Source: a virus
Strand: one strand, 5' to 3'
Length of the DNA stretch: 64,000 nt
IMG/VR virus record: IMGVR_UViG_3300017735_000003
Coordinates: 2,291-66,290 of that record
Below, piece after piece: positions 34,667 through 44,700 of the stretch; position 1 is the stretch's first letter; every line of letters starts with the position of its first letter. The notes under the pieces are model-generated. The model worked only from the letters and a program-made list of their open reading frames with translations, did no database searches and had not been told where the DNA came from. Made by a program: the position numbers and the translations under genes.

Positions 34667-37600
34667 GAATAATTCCATTTAGCAATCAAGTTAAATTTAT
34701 TCCTAAAGACAGTAAGAGTGAACGCATAACTCCTGCTGCTTGGTTTACTGTAACTCAAACTGATATTGCTATTGCTGAATCTAGTTCTGGTGCCACAACT
34801 GTCGGTATTGCTGATCCTAATAATTCTCCTGGTGGAGGAGGAGGTGCCGGTGGTGGTGGTGGTGGAACTAGTCTGGAAGATTTAATACCACTTATTAATA
34901 ATGTGACGCCATTAGAAGATACTTTTATTCAATTACTTGAACCAACAACAGTTCCATATGTATTAATAGCATCTGCTGGCACTAACTTAGCAGATCCAGC
35001 ATTGCTGGAATATCAGTGGCAACTGAAAGATTCTGGAACTAATACTTATGTTGATATTGCTGGTGCTAATTCTGCATCATATTCAGTTCCTGTCGGAATG
35101 ACTGTAGCAAATGCTGATGGTGATTGCTATCGTTGTAAAATTACTCATAGTGGTACTGCAGTAAACTCTCCTCAGTATTCATCCAAATATGAATTTGATA
35201 TTCGTAGAACAATTACGATTACAACACAACCTGAATTAGCAGGATCTGGAGTTGCTGGTGATACAGTTACATTTGCTGTAGCGGCAACAATTAGCAGTGA
35301 CGTAGTTAGTTTTCAATGGCAATTAAAAGAAAATAATACTAATACTTTTATTAGTATTATTGGTGCTAATTCAGCAAGTTATACTACACCAATATTAGAC
35401 ACGTATGAAGATAATGGAGATCAATATAGATGTGTTCTAACTAATCCATTTGCAAACACTGTAACATCATCTATTGTTACTCTGATTGTTGATGGTGCTG
35501 ATTTTAGAGTTTCCCCTCCCATTTACAGAATTGATACTGAGGGTGTTGGATATGATACAGAATTTTGGAGTTTGGAAAGAGATGGTGCATTAATCTTAGA
35601 TCCATCAATAAGTTCTGACTATACTCTTACTTCATTGGATAGTAGGAGAACTAAATTTCTTTCTCATCTATGGGGTCAGGGAACATGCGCTGGTAAAGGT
35701 GGATACACAAAAGCGGGTGTTCCTATTGCATCAACTGAAAGTGTTTCTATGAAATTGAATGCTGGGGCAGGTGCTGCCGGATCTTCTGATAGTGGACGCT
35801 ATGCTGAAGCAGGCGGTGGGTATGCTGGTATTTTTGAAGGCAATGTCATATCTCATGCAACTGCTCTTGCTGTCGCAGGTGGTGCTGGGGGTTCTAGTCT
35901 TAACACAACTTCTTCTTGTACTGGATCCCAATCATCAATATCATATCCTTATACTACTACTACTTCGTATCAGCAAGCATATGATTGTTCGACAACTCAG
36001 TACAAAACTAATTACGGAAGCATCAATCATCTTTTTGATTGGGCTGGTAATCGTACTTTATCCATAACGCATACTGGAACCCCCCTGGCGGCTCGTCTCG
36101 CCCTTGGTGGGCAAACTCAGGCAAGAAGATATTATATATTTTTTGCTCCTGGACATTATATGTTGGATAATAATTATTCTTTAAGCATTTCTAGTAGTGG
36201 ATGTACTGCTGGAAGCAGACCTAGATGTCCTGGGATGTATTATACTATTGATTTAAAATACTACCACTTTTTCTCCGTTACTTTTTATAGGTATGATTTG
36301 AATGTTACTTCATTCGTATCAAGTTTTAATTATTATGCTACACAATCAAAAAGAACTCCACAAACATGCTATAGAACTGCTTATACTAGCACTACTAACT
36401 ATTATTATCATACACCAACTGCAGCAGTCTCTGGTGGGTCTGGAGGTGGTCTAACAGGAACTGATGGTGGCGATAGTTCACAATCAGTAATTTCTGCTAA
36501 GGGAGGTGATGCTGGATCCCAGTCTGCGGGAGGTGCAGGAGGTACAACTTCATCTGCTGGATCAACTAACGGATCTGATGGTTCTGCACTGCAGGGTGGT
36601 AGTGGTGGTGCTAACAGTGGATCTTATGCTGCTCCTGGAGGCGGGGGCGGCGGCGGTGGATATTATGGCGGCGGTGGTGGTGCCGGTGGTTATGATGGAT
36701 ATAATGGAAGTAGTAATCCCGGAAGAGGACCGCAATCGGGTGGTGGCGGTGCTGGTGGCGCAGGTTATATTGATACCAGTGTAGTTGGAACCACCGGAGC
36801 ATTTGCTAATGAAACTAATACGAATAGAGGGACTGCAGGTGAAGAACAGCAAAATTCAAGAATTGTTATTAATGCGACATATATTGAAGTAACAGCAGAT
36901 CCAGAATCTTCTGTAGTTAATGATGGGGATACAGTTACATTTACTGTAGCGGCAACTGTAGTAAATGGGGAGGGTGAATTAGTAAGTTTCCAGTGGCAGA
37001 AAAAGACATCAGGAATTTGGAATGATATTTCTGGAGCCACTAATGCTAATTACACTACGCCCACATTAACTATTTCAAATACTAATGAATCTTATCGTTG
37101 TGTTTTAAATAATGACTACTGTTCAGAAAAGATTAGTGCAGAAGCTCTTACTGTTGTGGCAGGAGCAGCAGAAACTAATTTTGTAATTACTAATCCTGGT
37201 CAGACAAATATACCAATACCATCTGCTGCTTCTGAGTTTACATTTAAAATCTGGGGTGCTGGTGGTGCTGGCACTGGAGAAGGTTTCCCTGTTAGAGGTG
37301 GATCTGGCGGATTTGCAAAGGGTACTATACTCATTCCCGAATCTAATACAAATAGTATTAATGTATTTGTTGGTGCTACTGGTTTAGGTTCTCCTGTTGG
37401 TATGTCTGGTTATGGTGCTGGTCGTGGCGGTCAAAGATCAGAAATGACATTTGGATCAGATATTGTTTACGTTGGCGGTGGCGGCGGATCAGCACAAGCA
37501 GGTAATGGTGGATTTGGTGGAGGTGCTAATAGAAATGGTGGTTCTGGTGATGGCACATTTGCTCCTGGTAGTGGTGCTAGCACTGGAGGAGGCGGTGGTG

Positions 37601-38739
37601 GTAGTTCTAGTGGCACTACAGGTCGTTCTGGTGGTGGAGCAGGCGGTGGTTTCCCATATAACACTGGTAACCGTGGTGGCGGTGGCGGATCAGGATATTA
37701 TGGTGGAGGCGGCGGTGGCGGCGGTAATGGCACCACAGGACAGTCTGGAGGAGGTGGTGGTGGATCAGGATATAAAACTGGGTCCAATATTACTAATTTT
37801 GTAACTGCTGATGGGTCTAAAGGATCTACTACTGCTCCATATTCAAATGATCCAGACTATGTTTCCGGTCATGGTGCTGGTGGTCAGAATGGTCTTGCTG
37901 TGATTAATTTCCTCATAGAAAACCAATTAGTCATGACTGGTCTTAGTAGTTCTAATACAACTGATATTAGTGCTTTATCTTCGACTTTAACTCTCACCGA
38001 AAATGTCCTTTTATCACCACTTGATGGAGACTATGATGTAGTTGTAAAATGTCGTGGTGGAAGTCCATCTGGAACAGGTGCATATGTTCAGGGAACAATT
38101 CACATGACGAGTGGAAATATCTACATGCTTTATTATGATGCTAACTATGCAGCAGTTTTCTTTGGAACTTCAGTTGATGGGAATAAGTGTATAATGCTCG
38201 GTGCTCAAGGTGGGCATCAGGGTAATGGTGTATATGGTGGAGTTGGTCCCGGTGGTAATGCTGGATATCCATCTGGAAGTTCTGGAAGTAATCTCAATGC
38301 TTCTGGTGGCGGCGGTGGCGGAACCACTGCGCTTTATAGAGCAGGAACATTTAATGCCACATATCTTATGAGTTACAAATTAGGATCTGGTGGTGGTGGC
38401 GGATATCCTGGTGCTAGTGATGGATATAGTGGAGCTCCTGGAACCAGCGGTGGTTTCTTCTCTGCTGGTTCTGGTGGTGGCGGTGTTGATGGTTCTGGCG
38501 GTAACGGAGGCATGGGTTACTACGGCGGTGGCGGCGGTGGCGGCGGTTGGGACTTAGAATATAATGCTGGTGGTGAATTTGGCGGCGGAGGCGGCGGTGG
38601 ATCTTCTTATCATGGAGGTCTTCCAAAACCTTCTATTAATTCTTATAGTCCGGCAGAAGTTGTTGTCAGTAATACTTCTGAGGGGAATGAAGCAGGAGGA
38701 GTTCAACTTCAAATTATCAGTGTGACTGCTGTGCCTTGA
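34663..38739 (+). CDS. Ig-like plus glycine-rich (polyGly II) virion protein, candidate adhesin
   Basis: Three Ig-like domains ('YQWQ/FQWQ..I.GA..A.Y..YRC') and three Gly-rich domains with 'GGGGYYGGGGG' motifs. Confidence 0.8.
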   Translation: MRIIPFSNQVKFIPKDSKSERITPAAWFTVTQTDIAIAESSSGATTVGIADPNNSPGGGGGAGGGGGGTSLEDLIPLINNVTPLEDTFIQLLEPTTVPYVLIASAGTNLADPALLEYQWQLKDSGTNTYVDIAGANSASYSVPVGMTVANADGDCYRCKITHSGTAVNSPQYSSKYEFDIRRTITITTQPELAGSGVAGDTVTFAVAATISSDVVSFQWQLKENNTNTFISIIGANSASYTTPILDTYEDNGDQYRCVLTNPFANTVTSSIVTLIVDGADFRVSPPIYRIDTEGVGYDTEFWSLERDGALILDPSISSDYTLTSLDSRRTKFLSHLWGQGTCAGKGGYTKAGVPIASTESVSMKLNAGAGAAGSSDSGRYAEAGGGYAGIFEGNVISHATALAVAGGAGGSSLNTTSSCTGSQSSISYPYTTTTSYQQAYDCSTTQYKTNYGSINHLFDWAGNRTLSITHTGTPLAARLALGGQTQARRYYIFFAPGHYMLDNNYSLSISSSGCTAGSRPRCPGMYYTIDLKYYHFFSVTFYRYDLNVTSFVSSFNYYATQSKRTPQTCYRTAYTSTTNYYYHTPTAAVSGGSGGGLTGTDGGDSSQSVISAKGGDAGSQSAGGAGGTTSSAGSTNGSDGSALQGGSGGANSGSYAAPGGGGGGGGYYGGGGGAGGYDGYNGSSNPGRGPQSGGGGAGGAGYIDTSVVGTTGAFANETNTNRGTAGEEQQNSRIVINATYIEVTADPESSVVNDGDTVTFTVAATVVNGEGELVSFQWQKKTSGIWNDISGATNANYTTPTLTISNTNESYRCVLNNDYCSEKISAEALTVVAGAAETNFVITNPGQTNIPIPSAASEFTFKIWGAGGAGTGEGFPVRGGSGGFAKGTILIPESNTNSINVFVGATGLGSPVGMSGYGAGRGGQRSEMTFGSDIVYVGGGGGSAQAGNGGFGGGANRNGGSGDGTFAPGSGASTGGGGGGSSSGTTGRSGGGAGGGFPYNTGNRGGGGGSGYYGGGGGGGGNGTTGQSGGGGGGSGYKTGSNITNFVTADGSKGSTTAPYSNDPDYVSGHGAGGQNGLAVINFLIENQLVMTGLSSSNTTDISALSSTLTLTENVLLSPLDGDYDVVVKCRGGSPSGTGAYVQGTIHMTSGNIYMLYYDANYAAVFFGTSVDGNKCIMLGAQGGHQGNGVYGGVGPGGNAGYPSGSSGSNLNASGGGGGGTTALYRAGTFNATYLMSYKLGSGGGGGYPGASDGYSGAPGTSGGFFSAGSGGGGVDGSGGNGGMGYYGGGGGGGGWDLEYNAGGEFGGGGGGGSSYHGGLPKPSINSYSPAEVVVSNTSEGNEAGGVQLQIISVTAVP

Positions 38740-38764
38740 CAGATTTCGTTTATCTTGGTATACT
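38736..38764 (+). promoter_or_regulatory. Sigma70-type promoter
   Basis: TTGACA-17-TATACT. Confidence 0.75.
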
Positions 38765-38788
38765 ACTTGAGTAGTCAATGATTGAGTA

Positions 38789-38932
38789 ATGGCAAAAAGC
38801 CCAAAGTTCGGTTCAAATGAAAATATTGAGACCAAACCGAAAAGAACACGTCAGGGAACTGGTAAACATACTAAATATAGTGCAACCTCCAGTAATGGAA
38901 AGCGTAAACGTTATCGAGGACAAGGAAGATGA
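38789..38932 (+). CDS. Small basic protein (..KRYRGQGR)
   Basis: 47-aa ORF read by hand, of a type familiar upstream of gp25 in T4-like cyanophages. Confidence 0.7.
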   Translation: MAKSPKFGSNENIETKPKRTRQGTGKHTKYSATSSNGKRKRYRGQGR

Positions 38933-39019
38933 GCGAAGAAACACCAGCACCAAAGTCTTATGGTTATGTTGTAGGCAAAAGAGCCTCTGAGCAAGATCAT
39001 CCAGATAAAGAAAAGTCTG

Positions 39020-39478
39020 ATGAGTGAAATTGAAGAGCACATTAAAGAGTGGATTGGCAAAATTTCTGAGTTTAGACCAGAACTAAACAATTTTGCCATC
39101 TGCCCTTTCTCTTCAACAGCAACTTATAAAATTATTGAAGCACCTATTGACGATATCATGCCTTTAAATGGGTATGATGTCGTCATTTTTGCTGTCGAAG
39201 ACTATTTGGATGTCAATGCTATTCAAATGTGGTGTGAAATTTACAATACCATCTACCCTGAATACATTTTTTTAGAGGATTGCGCTCATTCTCATACTTT
39301 CATCAATGGTATTCAGACAAATAATGCGAAATATAACTTACTTTTATGTCAAAGTAAGGAAAAATTACGAAAAAGTCGTAAAATACTAGCAGAATCGGGA
39401 TATTATCAGCATTGGAACGATGCAATGATGAAAGAAATTCTTGGGGAAGATTTTGATATGGTAAACCACTATAAATAA
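39020..39478 (+). CDS. Hypothetical protein
   Basis: 152-aa ORF ('FAICPF..L.KSR..L..SGYY..W'). Confidence 0.75.
   Translation: MSEIEEHIKEWIGKISEFRPELNNFAICPFSSTATYKIIEAPIDDIMPLNGYDVVIFAVEDYLDVNAIQMWCEIYNTIYPEYIFLEDCAHSHTFINGIQTNNAKYNLLLCQSKEKLRKSRKILAESGYYQHWNDAMMKEILGEDFDMVNHYK
39470..39477 (+). promoter_or_regulatory. T4-type late promoter
   Basis: TATAAATA upstream of gp25. Confidence 0.85.
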
Positions 39479-39497
39479 TTGAAAAAAACCATATCAA

Positions 39498-39902
39498 ATG
39501 GCATTAAAAGCATCAAGATCCTATAAGGACTTGAGTTTCACATTTAAAACCAACCCCTTACGGAAGGATTTAAACCTTTTGAAGGATGAAAATGCGATTA
39601 AGAGATCACTTCTTAATCTTTTTTCTTACAGGAAGGGTGAAAAGTTTTTTAATGCTGGTTTTGGTAGTGGAATTCCTGAATTGTTATTTGATCCATTTGA
39701 TTTTGTTACTGCTGGATCAATAAAAACTGAGATAGAAAATTTAATTACTTTATATGAACCCAGAATTAATCTTATTGAGGTAGTTTTGGATTTGAATGAA
39801 GATCAATATGAGTATGATATTCAAGTAATTTATAGTATTCCTGATACAGATCCTCAGATCTTCACCACTTCGTTAACATTAACGTCATCATCAAAGATAT
39901 AA
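39498..39902 (+). CDS. gp25: Baseplate wedge subunit gp25
   Basis: 'YKDLS..AIKRSLLNL..GEKFF..FGS..LLF..YEPRI'. Confidence 0.92.
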   Translation: MALKASRSYKDLSFTFKTNPLRKDLNLLKDENAIKRSLLNLFSYRKGEKFFNAGFGSGIPELLFDPFDFVTAGSIKTEIENLITLYEPRINLIEVVLDLNEDQYEYDIQVIYSIPDTDPQIFTTSLTLTSSSKI

Positions 39903-39905
39903 TCA

Positions 39906-41756
39906 ATGGCATTCGCACAAGTTAGTTCCCTAGATTACGCTGATATCAAATCTGCCTTGGTTGATTACCTGAGGCGAAATACTGATTTTACAGATTATGA
40001 CTTTGAAGGATCAACACTGTCTTCTATTGTTGACCTCTTAGCATACAACACTTATTATACTGCCTTCAATACTACGATGGCAGTTAATGAGAGTTTCTTG
40101 TCGTCTGCCTCTCTAAGAGACAATATTGTAAAAGTTGCCAAACAACTTGGATACAGTCCAAAGTCAACAACTTCAGCAACAGCATTTCTTAAATTAAAAG
40201 TTGATTTTAGTAGTGTTGCGGCAGTTGACCAAAGATTAGTGCCATCATTCCTTACTCTCAAGAAGGGTAACTGTTTTATTTCATCAAATCCAGAAAATAG
40301 AAACGAAACATACCAATTTTCTATTTTAGAAGATGTTGTATCTCCGGTAACGAATAATATTGGATATATTTCAAATGTTTCATCGGATCAATTGCAAGTA
40401 ACCGAAGGAATTTACTTAAATTTTAGTTATGTCGTAGATAATACAATTTCCAATCAAAAATTTATCATTCCTACTGCTAATGTAGACACTGAAACCATTA
40501 AAGTAGTAGTAAGAGAAAATGCTGTAGCGTCAAAAACTGAAATTTTCACAAAAGTTGAAAATATCCTTGATGTAACTGCGGTTGATAAAGTATTTTTCGT
40601 CCAAGAGACTGATGATGCCAGATATGAATTAATTTTTGGTGATGATGTGCTGGGGAAGAAAGTTACTGACGGGCAAATTATTGAAGTTTCATATATTGCA
40701 TCATCTGGTAAAGCAGCAAACAAATTAAAGAATTTTGTTTTCTCAGGTGAAATTTATGACGAAGATTTAAACCGAGTTTTGACAGGAATTACAACAACAG
40801 TTGTATCTGGTTCTGAAGGTGGTGATGATATTGAAGACAGTGAAATAATCAGAAAAAATGCTCCTGCATTCTATTCCTCACAAAATAGAGCAGTAACATT
40901 AGAAGATTATAAGGTAATTACTCAAAGACTTTACTCAGCAATTGCTGATATTATTGTATATGGTGGCGAAAGTGAAGAACCACCTGAGTATGGTCGTGTA
41001 AAAATTGCTATCAAACCAAAATTTAGCGATATTTTAAGTAATTCTACTAAAAGAGATATTATTACTAAACTTAAGAAGTATACAGTTGCTTCTGTTACTC
41101 CAATTATTGTTGATCCATCGATTGTTGATGTAGTTTTAAGAACTAAAATTTATTATAGGCAAACTGAAACTAATTTGACATCCGAACAAATTAGAAACGT
41201 TGCAATTCAAAATTTAACTGAATATAGAGATACTAATAATATTAGTAAGTTTGGTGGAGTGATTAGAAAAAGTAAAGTAACTACAGTTATTGATGCTTCC
41301 GAAAGTTCAATTGCAGGTAATGTTACTGATTTTATATTGAGGAAAAAATTAGTACCAGCACTCGGTACTACAGCTCAATACTTGTTATGCTATGTAAATC
41401 AATTCCAAACATCATGTGCTGGAAAAACCACTATCACAAGTTCCAAATTTAGAACTGTAAATTATCCGAATGATGATTCATTCATGGAAAATACTGAGGA
41501 TGGTGCAATTAGAATATATACTATTGATTCTGCTACTGCATCTAAGAAAATTTTAGTTGAAAATGCAGGAACTGTTGATTTTACTAATGGCAAAGTGACT
41601 ATAAATTCAATTCAATTTGTTAGCGGCAGTAATGAAAATGATGAAATTTTTATTAGTGCCATCCCATTTAATGATGATGTGAGTGCAGTGAGAGAAGTAT
41701 ACTTAAATCTCTCAATAGAAGATAGTATTCTCCAGGTATTCCAAGAAACAGCATAA
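39906..41756 (+). CDS. gp6: Baseplate wedge subunit gp6
   Basis: 'FTDYDFEGS..DLLAYNTYY..AKQLGY.P' and 'QNRAVT.EDY'. Confidence 0.95.
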   Translation: MAFAQVSSLDYADIKSALVDYLRRNTDFTDYDFEGSTLSSIVDLLAYNTYYTAFNTTMAVNESFLSSASLRDNIVKVAKQLGYSPKSTTSATAFLKLKVDFSSVAAVDQRLVPSFLTLKKGNCFISSNPENRNETYQFSILEDVVSPVTNNIGYISNVSSDQLQVTEGIYLNFSYVVDNTISNQKFIIPTANVDTETIKVVVRENAVASKTEIFTKVENILDVTAVDKVFFVQETDDARYELIFGDDVLGKKVTDGQIIEVSYIASSGKAANKLKNFVFSGEIYDEDLNRVLTGITTTVVSGSEGGDDIEDSEIIRKNAPAFYSSQNRAVTLEDYKVITQRLYSAIADIIVYGGESEEPPEYGRVKIAIKPKFSDILSNSTKRDIITKLKKYTVASVTPIIVDPSIVDVVLRTKIYYRQTETNLTSEQIRNVAIQNLTEYRDTNNISKFGGVIRKSKVTTVIDASESSIAGNVTDFILRKKLVPALGTTAQYLLCYVNQFQTSCAGKTTITSSKFRTVNYPNDDSFMENTEDGAIRIYTIDSATASKKILVENAGTVDFTNGKVTINSIQFVSGSNENDEIFISAIPFNDDVSAVREVYLNLSIEDSILQVFQETA

Positions 41757-41757
41757 A

Positions 41758-44700
41758 ATGAATTTTAACAAGTTAACTATCTCAGACTTAGTAGATCAGC
41801 AACTACCAGAGTTTGTTGTCAACGAATTTCCTACATTTGTAAAATTCTTTGAGGAATACTATAAATCATTAGAATTATCTGGTGGTCTACTTGATATCAC
41901 CAATAATTTTCTTGATTATAAAAATATTGATAATTTAAGAAAATATAATCTTGTTACTACTTATAAATTACAGCAAGCAATTTCTGCTACTGATGAAACC
42001 ATTGTTTTAGACAGTCTTGATGGACTTCCTTCGGAGAATGGTTTAATTAGCATAGGTGATGAGATTATTCTTTATGAGACCGTCAATTTATCGTCTAGAA
42101 CACTCCTAAATTGTAAAAGAGGATATTCGGCAACAACTAAGTTTGATAGCACTGCTACGACCGTAGAGAGCACTGTAGCAGCATCTCATCAATCAGACGA
42201 TACTGTAACAAATTTATCAAATCTTGTTCTATTTCTTATCTTAAGAAATTACGAACATCAATACCTTGCTGGGTTCCCATTTGAGAATATTTCTTCTAAT
42301 ATTGATAAAGACACCTTACTTAGAAATATTAAAGATTTCTATAATTACAAGGGAACTGATACTTCTATTGAATTTTTATTCAGAGCTTTATTTGACGAAG
42401 AAGTTACAGTAAAATATCCAAAAGATTATGTAATTAAATCTTCTTATTCGGATTTTACTGTTGATGACATTATCAAAGTAGAAGCAATTGAAGGAAACCC
42501 ATATGATCTTATCGGAAATCGATTAAGTCAAAGTGATGCTAGTGGAGTATTGACAAGTAGTGCTGTAATTGATGAAATTTTAATTAATAATATTTCAAAT
42601 TATGCTTCTGCTAATAAAACTGTTTATGAATGTAGATTAAACGTTATCAATCAACAATTTTTTGAAATTCCTAGAGAAACTCTTCTTAGAGGAGTTTTGT
42701 CGTCCACAGATTCTGTAATTACTGTTGATAGTACAATTGGATTTCCTCAGTTAAATGGAATTATCCAAATCGATGATGAAGTTATAACTTATCGATATAA
42801 AACGTTCAATCAATTCATTGATTGTGGAAGAGGTGTTTTTGATACTGTTGCTATTAGTCATGCAAATTTAAGTGATGTTAGAACTACCGAATTTCTTTTT
42901 GGATATGCTGATGGTATAGAACTTGAGTCAAATAAAGTAACTATGAGGTTACTTGGTGTTTCTTCTAGTGTTATTATTAATGATGGCGGTGCTTATTTTG
43001 AGGAAGCTGAAAAAGTAGAGTTATCACTTGATGGGGATATTGATTCGAGGCAACAATTTACAACATGGATTAAAAACGAAACTGGAACTCTCTCAAGTAG
43101 TTCTGATGTTCAGATAAACAATAATGTCAGCACTATTACCACTGAAATATCAAATATTTACAAAGATGAAAATTATGCTTATATTGTCTCGTCTGGACTT
43201 CCCGTACATCCAATCGGAGACTTTATTGGAGTTGGTTTTAATGTAAATAATCAAAATCTTTTAAAAACAATTCCACTTTCGACTGAAAAAAATACTCAAA
43301 CTCAATTTACTGGAAGTAACGCAGTTGGTTTGTTTATTAATGGTGTAGAAGCATTTAGTTCTCAGGATTATGAAGATGTTTCATTCGGCAATATCGAAAG
43401 TGTTGAAATTGTCCAAAAAGGATTTGGTTTCGAGACTGATATTCAACCAGTATTCAGAGTAGCAAATTCTTCCGGCGCTGGGGCTACATTTCATGCAAAT
43501 ATTATAGATGGAAAAGTATTTTCAATATCAGTAGTAGATGGCGGAAATGGATATACTGAAAATCAATCATTAGAAGTTACATATGGATTTGATGCCACTG
43601 CAACAATTGCAAATGATTTAGATATTATTAATGGTTCCATTAGAACAATTACAGTAACTAATCCAGGTCAAGATTATGTTGCCACACCTAATGTAGAAAT
43701 TATTGATAGCACTGGCAAAGGAACGGGAGCTTTCGCTATTGCTGAGGTAACTAATAATCAGTTGACTGGTGTAATTGTTCTCAATGGAGGTGTTGATTAC
43801 AGTGATAAAGATACTATCACTGTGAGGATTGTTTCTAAAGGTACTGGTGTTGTTGCTAATGCTATCGTTAAAAAATGGTCTTTTGATAGAATATTTAAGA
43901 CAAAAAATTCTATTGATATAAATGGTAACTGGACACCTGCACAAACAATTAAATCTGATACCGGTAACGGTTATCTATATCCAAGTAGAAATATTGCGTA
44001 TAATCTTCAATATGCATATCCATCAAATCCAAAACTTCTTAGACATTCGTTATCTGATAACGTCCAGGGTGTAAATGCCAACTATGATGAAAAAACATCT
44101 GGATTTGTTCATTCTCCTATTTTAGGATGGGCATATGATGGAAATCCAATTTATGGTCCTTATGGATATCTTACTCCAACCGTTCCTGCTAATGGTATTT
44201 CTAGACAAACCAGTTCTTATGTATTAAAAACTACTGCAGAAGCTACTAGACCTAACGTAGTAAAATATCCTTTAGGTTCTTTTGTCAATGACTATGAGTT
44301 CATTCAAGGATCTGGAAGTCTTGATATCAATAATGGTCGTTTTTGCATCACTCCAGAATATCCTGATGGAAGATATTGTTACTTCCTTACAGTAGACAGT
44401 TTTGGTTCTGGTGTTTATCCATATATTCTCGGAAAGACATATCATTCTGTTCCGGCAGAAAATAATTTTAATATTGAGTTTAATCAGCAAAACGAAGATA
44501 ACTTACCCAAAGAAGCAAGAAGAATTAGAAGTTCTGCTACTCCAAGTAAAGGTTTTGATGCTATTTTATCAGTATCTAATGTTGAAAGAGGAACTATTGA
44601 TGATTTTGTCGTTTACGAAAGTGAAAATGTATTCAAAGTATTAGATTCTTTGTATATCAACAATGATGACACCGAAGGTTCTAGAGCATTCGGTAGAGTT

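Noticed and set aside
36080-36085. C6 tract as a phase-variation or frameshift site
   Set aside because: Short run and the frame is intact; no supporting signal.
35990-36360. Knob domain as a diversity-generating retroelement target
   Set aside because: No template repeat or reverse transcriptase seen in the window; cannot be excluded elsewhere in the genome.
36400-38620. GGT/GGC repeats as DNA repeat elements
   Set aside because: Explained by poly-glycine coding.
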